DNA of 63,298 bases, the filler included, from Reticulomyxa filosa (taxonomy: Eukaryota > Protista > Foraminifera): NCBI GenBank assembly GCA_000512085.1. It is 18 parts of 18 records of this genome, joined end to end, with 100 filler letters (N's around TTAATTAATTAA, not from the genome) between each part and the next. Parts side by side here need not be neighbours in the genome. Positions count along the whole stretch, not along the records: positions 26,435 to 32,641 come from ASPP01010542.1; positions 32,742 to 36,129 come from ASPP01024565.1; positions 36,230 to 38,474 come from ASPP01021081.1; positions 38,575 to 41,211 come from ASPP01003532.1; 14 more parts are not named here. One strand, given 5' to 3'. The position numbers and the translations under genes were made by a program. Below are positions 26,435-39,397 of this stretch, in pieces; position 1 is the first letter of the stretch, and each line of letters begins with the position of its first letter. Under the pieces are notes generated by a model. The model saw only the letters and a program-made list of their open reading frames with translations, was not told where the DNA came from and did no database searches.

Positions 26435-28342
26435 ATGATAACATAAATCCAACATAGCACAACAAAAAAGGGTGAAAAGTTTGTTGGTGAATTGCCTGTG
26501 ATCTTGTCCAAGATTAAATGTCCCCAGGTAATCTCTTATTTGAATTAATATTTTAAAAAAAAAAAAAAATGAAAAGGAAACACAAAACGGATAAACAAAA
26601 AAAAATAGGAAGAGCAAGACAATGGAAATGTGTATCTTTTGTGCATTTCCGACCGTCCGTGGGTTGCATTCGATAACGAACACAACGAAGTGGAATTGTA
26701 TCCTTTTGATACGCGAAAAGCAAAACTAACTTATGGCTACATTTTCAAACGTATGTAAGCAAATGCAAATGTTTTGTGTGACGATTACAAAAACAAAAAA
26801 AATACCAAACACATAAAATTGACAGAAGGGAAAGAAGATTTGCTGTTGCAAATTAATGACGATTGTATGGACATTGCACATGTGGCACTGCGTCCATTAT
26901 TGTCGTGTCAGTCCGTATACGTGGGACAAACCGTAACACATTTGCGCTATCTGTCCAAGTCTCGATGCATGCTTGTAGTAACATACCGCGACAGCACGTC
27001 CACGCTTTGGTCGATGAACGCGGACCAGTTGTCAATTTTTCAATCTTTTCAAGATGCACAGCATATCTACGATTGTAAGGGTATTGATATTTTGGATATC
27101 ACCAGTTCAAGTCCACACAACATGCAAACACAAGCATGTGACACACTATCAAATGTTAAATGTTGAATGTCGTGAAATAGCATCGGAAAACGATGAGAGT
27201 TGCGATGTTTTCTTGTGTGGTGGTATGGATCGCTATTTCAAATCGTGCAAAGCGGCCATTGTATCCAAAGTGTCCATGAAATGGAACAATGTGAAACAAA
27301 TGTGGCAGGAGATTATCTCCAATCAGGTTTGTGCATTTTCCTCTACTTTACTTTTCCCATGTTTTACAGATGCTCCGTCATTTCCTCTTATCCACTCCAT
27401 TTTTAGGAACGATTTGAACAATTGAACAAATTGTCTAGTGTAGCTTATTCCATGGTGTGCTTATCTTTTTGCAATAACACGAAACATTATCTTGCCGTTT
27501 CGCTGGGAAGGACCATTGAATTTGTAAATGCGGAGGCATTTTCGCCATGTGGTAATATTGAAATGTGTGATTTTATTAAGCACATGACGTTTGATGCCAC
27601 CACTTGTTGCCTTTCCGTTCTGTTTGAAAAATGTGGAATTGCATTGGTTTCGATGCATTTGGCTATTGATCAAACTGATGTTGATGATCTATCCTGGTCT
27701 CCAACAGATGTCAATCGTGTCATCTATCGTACTTGGTCCGGCGTTGATAATGCCTGCCATCATATTTCATTGTATACGCACACGTTTGAAAGCAACGAAC
27801 AAACCTCAAATAAAACACATTTACTGAACATTTTGAGCAGCTCTCCTGATGACTATGTCGACAGACCTAGTCCTTTTCATTCACTAAAACTGCGTTACTT
27901 GATCTGCGATCGCAATGGATATGTTACCCTGTTCGATACTCCAATGCCGGATAAGACTACTGAGACGACTTCAAAAGCTCAATCGGATCCTGATCTTGTG
28001 ATGAACAAAGAGAAAAAAGAATCAATCGAAGAGACTAAAGAAGATGAACCAAAATGCATCGTAGGTGTTAATTCATGCAACCACTTATTGCATTTTGAAG
28101 ATAAATTAAAAGTTATGCTGACTCAGCAACAAGAACGGTACTATCAAATCATTGCTGGCGACTTATGTGCCAAACTCTTAAAGTGTAATTTATCCCATGA
28201 CCCAACTGCGTCATCGCGATTATTTTTCGCAAATCAATCGACTTGGTTTGCAAATAGTGACGGAAAATGCGGTAAAGATGTGTTACTGGTTGGTTGTGAT
28301 GGAAGTTTACATATTATTGGTTTTTCGCCTCTCACTTCTTGA
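26435..28342 (+). CDS. Divergent DDB1/RSE1/CPSF160-family beta-propeller protein, 3' part. Introns 26528-26608, 26751-26825, 27327-27407; frame break near 27075-27165
   Basis: 'FVGELPVIL', 'VYLLCISDRPWV', 'QSVYVGQTVTHLRY' parallel DDB1 'LGTQPTVL..VFACSDRPTVI..RTVPLYESPRKICY'. Confidence 0.55.
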
Positions 28343-28892
28343 TTAATATCGTTAGCAGAAATTCCTTTTTTCAAAGATGATCTTTGTAACACATGTCAGG
28401 AGGAGAAAAAAACAATATTAGTAGTTCATTAAACTGAGAAAATTATTATGATTTTATGTCCCTTTCTTCCTTTTTTTTTTAGTTAGTTGATGTTTCACGT
28501 AATGCCTCTAAGAAAGAAAAGACCTTTTTTTTGGAGGCCGATACATTTTCATACACAACTCAATTAAATCGCGGAATCAAAACTTTGTTCTTCAAGTACG
28601 TAGGTGATTGCATGGTTGTATTTGATTCATAAGGGCAAGAACAGATAAATGCTGAAAACTTGGAAAAATTACACCTGTTCTGTTCTCGCCAACTGGGCAT
28701 TTTTCTCTTTTCAATAAAGAATTTTTTGAGTGACAAAATTATCAAGAAGAAACATATTTGATAAAATTGACAAACAAAAAATGATAATACATCAAACCAA
28801 ACCAACAACAATCTGAAATTGAGAAATACTTTCGAGTCCAGTGTGTCATGAAAGTGGATAAACATTTTTTTCCCCTCCCTGTGCACAATAAA

Positions 28893-29570
28893 TCACTTTG
28901 TAGTGGAGGTCTGTGCAGTCATTTTACAAAAATCAACCAATTGATGATCGTTTAAGATACCATACTCTTTGCACAGATCATCCCATCACTGTGGTGCGTT
29001 AAAATCGCCATAATCCAATGTCATTTCTTCTCCAATTTGAATATCGCAGTGGCAATATCACAAAAAAAATCTGATTAGTTTTTTGAGTTGCACTACCAGA
29101 ATGATTGGTATAAACGGTATCTGAACCATCAAATGAAATACTGTCTGCTCCTGGAAATCTTGGTCCATAGCTATATGCCCATTGAATTAATTTTTTCTTA
29201 TCTTCAACACTTGTGCACGCATTTAACAGCTGCAAAAATTCATCTTTTGTAAACGTTAATATGTCACGATACATGTATGTCACACTGCCTTTGGGAATGA
29301 ATTGCTTTGTCACAAAGCTTTTCCACCTTTCTCAGGGCAAGGCACGATTTCATAATCATATAGAAATCCCAAATTGCATCGGGAAGCATTTTGAACTGGG
29401 TGACATTTTTCCAATGTTTTTTGAATTTTTTCCTTTATATTATTGTTTATCCTGTGAGTGATGTCGTGTAGTTGTAACTCCTGGTGCGTTTCAAGGATCA
29501 CATCCAAGATGATCTTGTCTAACAGGGTCACAGTGTTAACATTGGAAGATTTAACATCACTCGAGGACAT
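28893..29570 (-). pseudogene. SET-domain protein with about 3 single-base gaps and an in-frame TGA (pseudogene or low-quality sequence)
   Basis: 'GGKAL/VTKQFIPKG', 'YTNHS', 'DIQIGEEMTLDYG' are spread over different frames; TGA at 28986-28988. Confidence 0.75.
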
Positions 29571-29771
29571 TACTCTTCCTTCAACCAATTTGACGAAGGT
29601 CTTTTTATTTACAGAAAGGGAACTACCGAAATAAACCAGAAACCTTGAAAGAGCTGAAATTTTTACGATTTCAAGAATTTCTCTAATTGTTGGCACAGAT
29701 AAACACGATTTAAGGACAAGAGGTGAACAGTTTCCAAAAGTGCAGAAGGTTTTTTTTGAAAAGTTTAGAGT

Positions 29772-30771
29772 ATGTTCCAAAGAGGTTTGATTACTACAAA
29801 AAAATATCTATCCAGGCCACGGCGTTTCAGCCTTTCTCGTTTCATTTCAACAGAAAGTAGAAGTAACTTTCCTGCCAAGCCACGATTTCAATTTGGTACA
29901 TTGTTTTTAGGGCTCTTTGGGGGTGTTGCTGTCAGCGCACTACTTAACTGGGAAATTCCTGGCTATGAAAAGTATTTGCAGAAACGGGCCTTTGGTAAAG
30001 GAAGCAAAAAAAACGCTGAAGCTAAAGTTATATATGCTGTGCGGTTATTAGAGCAGTCACGTGGCCATCCACAACCGTGGGATGTGTACGACATTGAAAT
30101 AGAAGAGGAACATCAAAATGAATGTATACTTCCAGAGTGCATACAAACAATTGACAGGCGTGAAAAATCCCAAATGCATAGACATTTAACACAGATGAAT
30201 CAGCGTACTCTCAAGGACCACAAAAAAAAAAAAATCAAAAAAATCATTCACTTTGGCTTATCAATTACTAACACAAGCAAGTGAGTTGGGAAATGTGGAA
30301 AGTCATTATCATTTAGGAATAATGCATTTATTACATGAAATACAAAACCCCAATGCAAATGCAGTATTTTATCATCTCAAATTTTTTGTCGATAATTTTG
30401 GTACTAACTTGCCAATTCTGGATAAAAAATATTATCAGGATTTGTTAGATGACGCCAAATTTCAATTGGCTATGTGTTATTTAAATGGATACGGAGTGGA
30501 CACAAATGCGAACCAAGGCATGGACATATTAGAAAAAAATTTATTCAAAAAAAATAAAAATGCTGCCTTTGAACTTTACAAAATTTTTCGTGAGGGTCGC
30601 TATGGACAATCTGTACAACCGACACTCTCTCTTGCATGGTTGAGAGAATCAGCACAGCTCGGACACATCTTTGCTATGCATGAATTTCATCAATACTGTG
30701 TCATGAAAGGAAAGGAACTTATTGAGGCAAATGTTCCACATTTGGCTACTCTTTATGTTAAAGAGACGTAA
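29772..30771 (+). CDS. Sel1-repeat protein with a mitochondrial-type presequence and a TM segment; frameshift in the A-run at about 30222-30243
   Basis: 'ASELGNVESHYHLG', 'AKFQLAMCYLNGYGV', 'AWLRESAQLGH'; Arg/Ser-rich N-terminus. Confidence 0.8.
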
Positions 30772-31296
30772 TGTGGCCAATCTTGGGAAAAGATGTAATT
30801 TTCGTTTAACTGTTATTTCAATATTGAAATGGGCATTGCTTATTGTTAAAATACAATATTTAGGTATTCCCACTGCGTCCACGTCCTCAGTGATACGTGA
30901 TGATACAAATATTCTGATTTGTTGTTAGCTTTTTTTAGTAGATAGTTTAGATGTTGGTTTTATATTTAATTTTATAATTGTACAACTATTGCCATACTTG
31001 GTTTGTGAATCCAAGTATTAATACAAAATGGGTCGCACTACATGCGTTTAGTGTTGATCTGCACACTTTCCAAAAAATACATTTCATGAAAGGTTGCTAC
31101 GAATGTGACCAAAAAGCTTTTCTGCCTTTCGGCACAATACGAATGCTTTGAAACCAACACAAGCAACTCAACATCAAAAGTAAAGCCATACAAAATGCCA
31201 GAACAAAAAATGAAAAAATAGCACGAACAAGCCACCCAACAAACAAAAACAGAAACAAAAAAACAAGAAAAAAAGTAACATCCACTTTCGAGTCTC

Positions 31297-32641
31297 TTAC
31301 ATTAATGTGCATGCTTCATCTTGTTGCCCTCCTCCTTGTGTATTCATTGGCTGCATTGTAGGTTGTTGGGTAAATTGTTGAGTTCCCACACGTTGGACAG
31401 GTTGAAACAAAGGCTGATTTTGGATTGGTTGCATGGATTGAATTGGTTGCATGGATTGAATTGGCTGGATTGATTGAATTTGCTGGACTGGCTGATACAT
31501 CACTCGGTTCACAGGTTGGGTCTTTTGACACAAAAAACATTTTTATGTAAAAATGTTTCAGAAAAAAGTAAAAAAGCAAGAAAATACTTACAAAATTAAT
31601 TGGCTGGGTAAATTGATCCTGGAAATAGGTTGGTTGTTGCACTGTGACTCGGTTATTCTCTTTCAAATAAGCCACCACTCTTTCGCGAACCCAATGATTC
31701 CACTGTCTCCATGGCACATCTTCTTTAAGGGCTTCTTCATACAAAAGTTTGGCATTGAATTTATCACGTACTGATTGATCAATGTCCCAGATACGTTCCT
31801 CTTCCAAGTTTCGGAACACAGTGGTAGTGGTCATGACGAACAGATCTTGTTGCAACAACATCAGTGATCTGGCACGTTTTTTGTGTTCTTTGGTGTTTCC
31901 CTTATCTTTGTCTGCCTTTTTGGCCTGGTTGCCATCACCACCATCATTGTTTTCAGTTTCCAAGCCTTGTTTACTGAGTTTCATTGCCTGCTCGTCCGTT
32001 TGTCCAATCAATTTTCTCAATCCCTTAACCCACAACTCGGCCATCTCTTTACTTTGGGCCTGCACATCCAATGTCTGACTCTTTCCAACAACACTGAAAC
32101 ACAAGGTGGGATCAAGTTGGTCCTTTCTTGATTGGAACACTGGTGTCCAATGTCCCCAAGCAATGTATAAAATTTCATCGAAATCAATATGTCTCGATCC
32201 ACTTCCCCACGAGATTTGTTTGGGGCTTGCATTTTCACCAAAAGTGACTTTAACAATACGGTCTTGAGGTTTTCTTCTTCTGCGTCCAGTGTACTTTAAG
32301 AACAATTGACCCAAAGCAGCAGTTTTTGGGAACGTCTTTAATTGTTGTTGCACACTTAAGACCGGTTCCTCCTCTTGTCCCTCTTCTTCTTCGTCGTCTT
32401 CTTCTTCTTCTTCATCTTGTTCTTCTTCTTCACTATCTTGTAATGATTCCTCGTCATCGTCTCCTCCTTTTTCTTTTTCCGCTTTCGGTTCAGGAGCATC
32501 GCCATCGTCTTCCGGTTGCACTGCTTTCGCTTTCTTTTTCGCCGCTTTTTTTAATTTTTTCTTTGGCGCCTTTTTGGCCTGTTTTTTTTTTTTAGGTTTT
32601 TCCTCTTCGTCTTCATCGTCATCTTCTTCTTCTTCTTCTTC
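31297..32641 (-). CDS. PH-domain protein (PLC/Mcp5-Num1-type PH) with acidic N-terminal region and Q/P-rich repeat tail; 5'-truncated
   Basis: 'FLKYTGRRRRKPQDR...CFSVVGKSQTLDVQAQSKEMAELWVKGLRKL'; last exon has (M/I)QPIQS repeats. Confidence 0.8.
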
Positions 32642-33451
32642 NNNNNNNNNNNNNNNNNNNNNNNNNNNNNNNNNNNNNNNNNNNNTTAATTAATTAANNN
32701 NNNNNNNNNNNNNNNNNNNNNNNNNNNNNNNNNNNNNNNNNGTTAGTATTTCTTCATAAAAACATTGATGTTTGATATTCAAATGTCTGGCTTAAATGAC
32801 TAACATATAAATTTCACACACAAACGAGTACAATATATTGAATGTTATTTTATAAAGAGCTTTTCAGTTAGCGAACAAATGATCTTGTTCATGAGAGGAA
32901 AACAAACACAAAGCAATCCATTGAAGATTTTCAAAAACAAGTTGGGCTTGGCTTGCAAAAACGTGCTCGCAATAATTTGAGGAAGGTATCCATTATCAGA
33001 GTTTTTGTGGAACATTCGACAATAAATCACCAAGTAGTTTGCAGTATACAAATACATTATATACAAATTCCTGAGCAAGCAAACTTTGGCTTTTGAAGAC
33101 AGCAAAGCTATCATCAGTCAGCAAAAGAAAAACAAAAGCAAGTGAACATTTCAGAAGATACAGTAATTTTTTTTTAATTAAGTGCAAAGAACATAGTCAT
33201 GTGCTAGCAAAATATGCGTATATTATTGTATTGAAAATGGTGTTACACTGACGTTTACGAGAAACTTTTTGATCTAACCACAAATCAATCAAAATTATTT
33301 TTAAATTTGCAATAAATTAAGCAAACTGCAAAACAAAGGGACAACGCGTAAATTTTTTTTAACAAAATCTCTTCAAATACCGAATCAAATCTATCAGCAA
33401 CTTCCATTTACATTTAATTGATACTTGCCGTAGCAAAGCAACATTTAGAAG

Positions 33452-33788
33452 ATGACAGAATTTGTTCGGTCTAATAACACACAAGACACAAAAAAACCAG
33501 CAAAATTTGTTCAAGTGAGACTAGGTTTAAAGTACGAACTCACTGATGGAAAGATTGGCCAAGTTCGATACATTGGAGAGGTTGATTTTGATAGAGGTTT
33601 ATGGTATGGATTGGAATTCTGTCCGAGTTCAAGGGAAAAATAACGGTTCGATAGGTGGTATTGACTATTTTAGGTGTGAGTTTGGTCAAGGTTTATTTGT
33701 CAAGCATGCTCGCTTCAAAAGACTTATACCAGAATCAACTGCTACTACCAATACCAAAAGGAGAGATTCTGTCGATAAAGATTACTAA
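33452..33788 (+). CDS. Small CAP-Gly domain protein with one frameshift (about 33627-33640)
   Basis: 'GQVRYIGEV..GLWYGLE' in one frame, 'GKNNGSIGGIDYFRC..GQGLFV' in the next. Confidence 0.8.
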
Positions 33789-34310
33789 ATTTGAGTTTCA
33801 AATGCCATCTAATGATTTTTTTATTCGATGACAATTCGTCACATAAGATACACGACAAAACAATTTCAATTGAAAGAATAAAAAACCTTTAAAATTTTTC
33901 CTCTATCTTTAAATTTTGTGTGCTGGTATGTTTTTTTTTGTCTTAATCCAATGAAGAACTGACGAATGACCTCAGGAAATAATGCATCATTCCGTCCCAT
34001 TGTCACAAAGCATTAAAAATGAGAAAGCGAGTCTCAAACAGAGAAAAAAAATGAACTGAAAGGGATAGCAAAACATGCAAATATTTTTTTTTTTGTGCAA
34101 GTTCATGAGTGTAAAGGTAATAATATTCAAACCGATAGTTTTTTTGAAAAAAAAAAGGGGCCACAACAAAGTGCGTGAAAAAAATTTGTAAACAAAACAA
34201 GGTACAATGAATTGATCCCACCAGAAAAAAATCATACAAAAAAACAAGACAAAAAAAACAGTAAGTAAACATTTACATCGTGTCTTTAGTTTTTTTGGTT
34301 AAAGTGTTGA

Positions 34311-34895
34311 TCATTTCCTATTCTGCAAAACAGTTTGCATTTCATGAAATTGGTGGGACAAGGTCAAATATTTTTCATTTAAATTAGCATAATCGATCTT
34401 TATTTGCCCGTAAAGGCTTTCCAGATCATCACATTTGATTTGTAGGTCTTTGTGTTCTTGTTGTAGATTATCTAATTCACTTTTACATTGAATGAATTTC
34501 TCCTTGTTCAAATTGCATTCAATCTGATGTGTTTTGCCTAAATCTCTTTCACTTTGATATAAATTGCGATATTTAACTTTTTCTTGATTTAATTCCGAGA
34601 ATTGCACTTTCAGCCTTCCAAAAGAGGAATTATCCATTTTGTTATCTTGACAACAAACAAAGGAAAAATGAAAAAGCAAGATAATCAAACAAATAGAAAA
34701 AAACAATACCATTGTGATCTTTGATATCGGGATCACGTTGGATATTCGTGAGCATCTCTGTGATTTTAGTCCACAACAATGGGTTGTCATGATAGGTTGT
34801 CTCCAAAAATGCTGTCATTTTGGATAAGTCACTTTTGTTTGTCTCGGAAGAATGAACAGGAACAGGAACAGGTCCATTATTGTTACTGTTATTAC

Positions 34896-34932
<37 letters not shown>

Positions 34933-36080
34933 GCTATTGTTATTGTTGTTGCTATTCTTGTTAATGTACACAGCTCTTTTATTATTTGTTAAAGGTATAT
35001 CCGGCAATGCGTCCATATCCACACTGCTGCCAACACTTTCATCTTTTTTATGAGTATTCTTTGGTATGGCTACATTGGGATTATCGTTATTCAATAGTAT
35101 TTTTTTTTCCATGTCTTTCTGTCCGTTTTCGCTGTGAGGAAGCGTCGTTCGAATGGAATTGTCGTTGTCTTTGTGATGTTTGCTATTTAAACAATGTGTT
35201 TCATTCGAATTTGTGTTTTGAGCCATTAATCCGTCCAATTTGGTTTGCAATACGTTTTCATGTTCTTTATGTTTTTCAAGCTTTTTTTTTCCCCCCCCCA
35301 ATTGCAAGTTTGGTTTCAAGGGATTGCACAAAAACAAAACATTTCATTTTTTTTTTTTTAAAAAAAAAAAAAGGGAATGTTTCTTTGTTCAATTCTTAAC
35401 CAACATGTTTGTATTTTATTTGTTTGTTTGTTTCCTTTTGCACAATCCCCCCATCATCTTCTAGTGATGTTATTTAACTTGCGTCGTCAACGCCTTGATT
35501 GTATCATGCAGCACTTGTACGTCATTGTCAGTGCACGTTTTATTTGTGTGTTCAGTTTTGCTAGGCTATGTTGTCATTTAAAATATATGTGTAATTCGTA
35601 TGTTTCAAGAAAAACAAACAAAGAATTCCTTTGCCCATAAATAAATAAGTAAATACACAAATGTATAAAAATAAATAAATAAATGTATTCATTTTTTTTT
35701 TTATACGTGCATACCTCTTGTTCAACGACGAGTGAGTCTTGTTGTTCGGTATTGCTTGCATTGGACAATTGGGGTTGTTTCTGATATTGTCTACTCACGA
35801 GTTCTTTAAGCAAGACACACACACACACACACAACATTGTTTGCATTGTATTTTCTTCTTCTCCTTTTCTCTTTCTGTCTTTTTTCTTTTTTTGTTTGAA
35901 AAGAGTAACTGGCAAAATCAAAAGTTTGCAAATTGAATTGTTGAGACAAATTCAAAGTCTGTTCTCGAACCTGCTCGATGAGAGCTCGGAGATTCGTCGT
36001 GCATTGTTTCATCTCAGTTGCTGTTAATTTTTTCGCATTCTATCATTTCCATTATTGTGTTGGACATACCCAGCAAACTT
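34311..36080 (-). CDS. Multi-exon coiled-coil, N-rich hypothetical protein
   Basis: Several open exons with heptad pattern separated by AT-rich introns. Confidence 0.5.
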
Positions 36081-36092
36081 TCAAACAAAAAC

Positions 36093-36129
<37 letters not shown>

Positions 36130-36559
36130 NNNNNNNNNNNNNNNNNNNNNNNNNNNNNNNNNNNNNNNNNNNNTTAATTAATTAANNNNNNNNNNNNNNN
36201 NNNNNNNNNNNNNNNNNNNNNNNNNNNNNCATCGTTTCAAGTGGAGGCAACATGTCATCATGGGATGATTTGAATATCTGTTTCCCTTTTTTTTTTGTTA
36301 CATTTTTGAGCTTTTGGAGAGCACTTATTTTCAAATTGTAAACTTAAGATAAAAAAAATCTAAAAACGATAATAGTTAAAACCTTTTTCAAAGATCTTTA
36401 TTTATTTTATTTTAAGTGATGATACTTTGAAAGAGAACCAAATTAAAAATTAAAAAATCTGTATTTCATTTGCACATAAATCAAAGTTTTCAATCTATAA
36501 TTTTGTTTTGTTTATTCAAATGAACAAATGACATAACAAAAAAAAATTTGTATGAAAGG

Positions 36560-37540
36560 AGTATGCGTTTGCCTGAAACAATAACAAGTATTAATGAGCA
36601 TACTTTTGGAAATGGTTCCAGATTTGCACAGGTGTATCCAAAACAATGCGTTGACATTAGAGCAGCAGGCGCAAATGTGCCTCGCACATGAATGCATTCA
36701 ATTTCACAACGACACCTGGATTAATTCATCGTATGGACCGTCAAGCGAGTGGATTGATGATGTTTGGTAAATATTTACTATCAAAGAATTACTCGACCAG
36801 CGGAACAACGACAATATCGTGCATAGCGAGTGTCATGGCTCCTTCACACCATTGCAATACGCCGACAAAATTTATTACATTTTGATACAGCCAAACGCGC
36901 TTCTCACTAACAACTGTCCCAATTACATTACCAACAAATATTGATGATGATGAGGTCGATGAATTGTTCATTGAATTAAGCCAATATCGATCAGTTGTGC
37001 ATAATATATTTTGTTTAGTGTTATAAATTTCTTTCTTGTGATCATACCACAACACTAAAATCTGTTGACATTGATAATGTATTGCAAGGGGGGGTAACAT
37101 AAAAAAAAAAGTTTTAAAAAACCAAGAAATAATGTAATGACTTCCGAATGATCGAACTGTGGAGTTAGTTAGAAAATTTTGAAATCGATATGGTGAAATA
37201 TATCAGCGAACCTGTGAAGGAAATGAAAAAAAGTTGATGAGATGTTCCATCAATTATCACAACATGTGCTATCTTATATTAATTATGACATGGAAACGTC
37301 AAGAACACACCAAATACGCTTGCAATCACAGTACTTGGATTAGAAGTGGTGGGTGACAAACTTTATTGTCGAAACGAAGTTCTCAAACATTGGGACTTGC
37401 AAATTGAAATATTATTGTTTGTAAATACACATAAATATAATTGGAACAAAAGTGACTTTCATGTACAACCACCAAAAAGCGAATGCATTTTCACTGTTCA
37501 ATGCCTGCAATGTTTTATTCTCAAACAAAACTATGCGTGA
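36560..37540 (+). pseudogene. RluA-family pseudouridine synthase remnant
   Basis: 'PGLIHRMDRQASGLMMFGK' (HRLDxxxSG motif) and 'VVGDKLY', broken by stops and frameshifts. Confidence 0.7.
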
Positions 37541-39397
37541 GTTTAATTATTGTTATTTTTTTTTTTAGATAGCCTTTTTTTTGAATTTCGGAGTCCTTTG
37601 TTCATTTTCCTGCCAAATAACTTGCACATCTTCACAACTTCTAACATGGATCCAGACTCTACTTACTCTTTTTCTTTACAGTCTTTTTGTTCCTTCTCTT
37701 ATACGTATTCTTGACAGCAAGAGTCTATTGCATATTATCACATACAATTAATTCCAGCTATCAGTCTTTTCAAAGACACAAGTGAAAACGAAAATATGCA
37801 GATAGATTTGATTTGAGTTTTTTTTAGATTCAAAATATTAAAATTCAGAAATTTTTTACAATGAATATAATTTGATAAAGATATAGGTGAGCTGGAGAAG
37901 ATTGTTATTAAAAAAAAATTAAAAGAAATTACAATTGGAAAAAAAGACAAACAAAATTTGAGGCAAGTGTCAATAATTGTAATCAAATATGCCACAAATT
38001 TGGCATTGTTTGATTTCACTTCACCTTGCTTGCTTGAACCGCAACCACTCCTTTCCAATGTTTGATGGACATATGTTGTATTCTTTGAGACCTATGTTAT
38101 ATAAGTGCGTATTCGTCACACATGTTTTAAATATTTTCCAATTACATTATAAAAAAAAATATTATAACTTGGAACACAGGTTGCACAGCTCACTACTTTC
38201 AATCAATAATAAGAACATTACACAGATAAGGATCTTTCATTTTTTTTTCCAAATTATATTTTATGCAAAGCACAATACCATGATCCATAATCGATTCACG
38301 CCGTTGCCATTACCATTACCATTTTTGCTGAGAATTCACTTCAGCATCAACAGCGATATTAACAGCAACAACTTGTCCACCTCCATTTGCACATCTTCAA
38401 ATATCTATTCAAAAATTTGAAGCAATACACAACACATACTTATAAATCAATAATAAGTATACGTTACAAAGATGNNNNNNNNNNNNNNNNNNNNNNNNNN
38501 NNNNNNNNNNNNNNNNNNTTAATTAATTAANNNNNNNNNNNNNNNNNNNNNNNNNNNNNNNNNNNNNNNNNNNNAAAAAAAAAATGGCAAAAAAAGAACC
38601 AAGTTTTTGTTTGATTATTTCCCAATTTTTATTTGATAATAATTGTGTCATGCTTTCTTTCCATTTTATTTGCTCTTTTTTTATTGGAAATTCAATCGTT
38701 TTGCAAGTGTTAATTTTCCTTGGTTTGTTTACGTTTTGGGACTCGGCGGGCTTGTTGAACGGTAAGATAAATCCATACAAACTATTTGATCAGCACTGAT
38801 ATTGCACTCACTTTCCACAAGTAGAAAGAAAAAAAAGGAGGTTTAACTAATGCCAAAATATGAAGGGCAACAAGGACATCTAATAACAGGCCGATCCCAG
38901 GAGTGTCAGGGAGCAAATATCTGTTTGCAAGTTACAAAGTTTTTTAGGTTATTTCGAGGGAAGAAAAAAAACCAAGAAATTTCGTTACACATTAAATAAA
39001 TTACACTGAGAAGAACATCGATTGCGAATTGTTGAAGTAGCTATAACGATGAAAATGTCTTGATTGATAACAATGGAAGCTATCCTAACAGTGGATGATA
39101 CCTATATGAATGTTTGAATTTAATGCCCCTGATTTTTTACATCCAATCCCAAAGAAAACCACGCAAATAAAGTACGGAATCTCTCACAAAACTACATTTT
39201 TGAGGAATACAATCCGTATTTGTAATTAAAGATAAAGGTAATAGTTGTGTTTTATTTTTATGAAATTTGCTTCGAATGACAGCTCTTTGTTGCACATCTT
39301 TTTTGCAATGAAATATGTGCCTTTCATAGAAAGGAGCAAAGTGTATGTCATCTCTGACAAAACTGAGCTAAAAAAAAAAAGATTGAATTAATAATTG

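Noticed and set aside
20879-28988. In-frame TGA at probable Trp positions (aminopeptidase ID*Q, SET PQ*W), suggesting UGA=Trp
   Set aside because: Both genes carry other lesions, TGG>TGA is a common nonsense change, intact genes use TGG for Trp, and several end in TGA (RAE1, Kelch, MmpL)
29570-29780. Apparent head-to-head overlap of ORFs 29310-29780 and 29772-30284
   Set aside because: The minus ORF starts at a TTG; the first ATG is at 29570, leaving an ordinary ~200-nt divergent gap
33635-33645. AAA-TAA Euplotes-type +1 frameshift motif in the CAP-Gly gene
   Set aside because: Shifting there yields REKNG and loses the conserved GKNNG; an upstream one-base indel fits better
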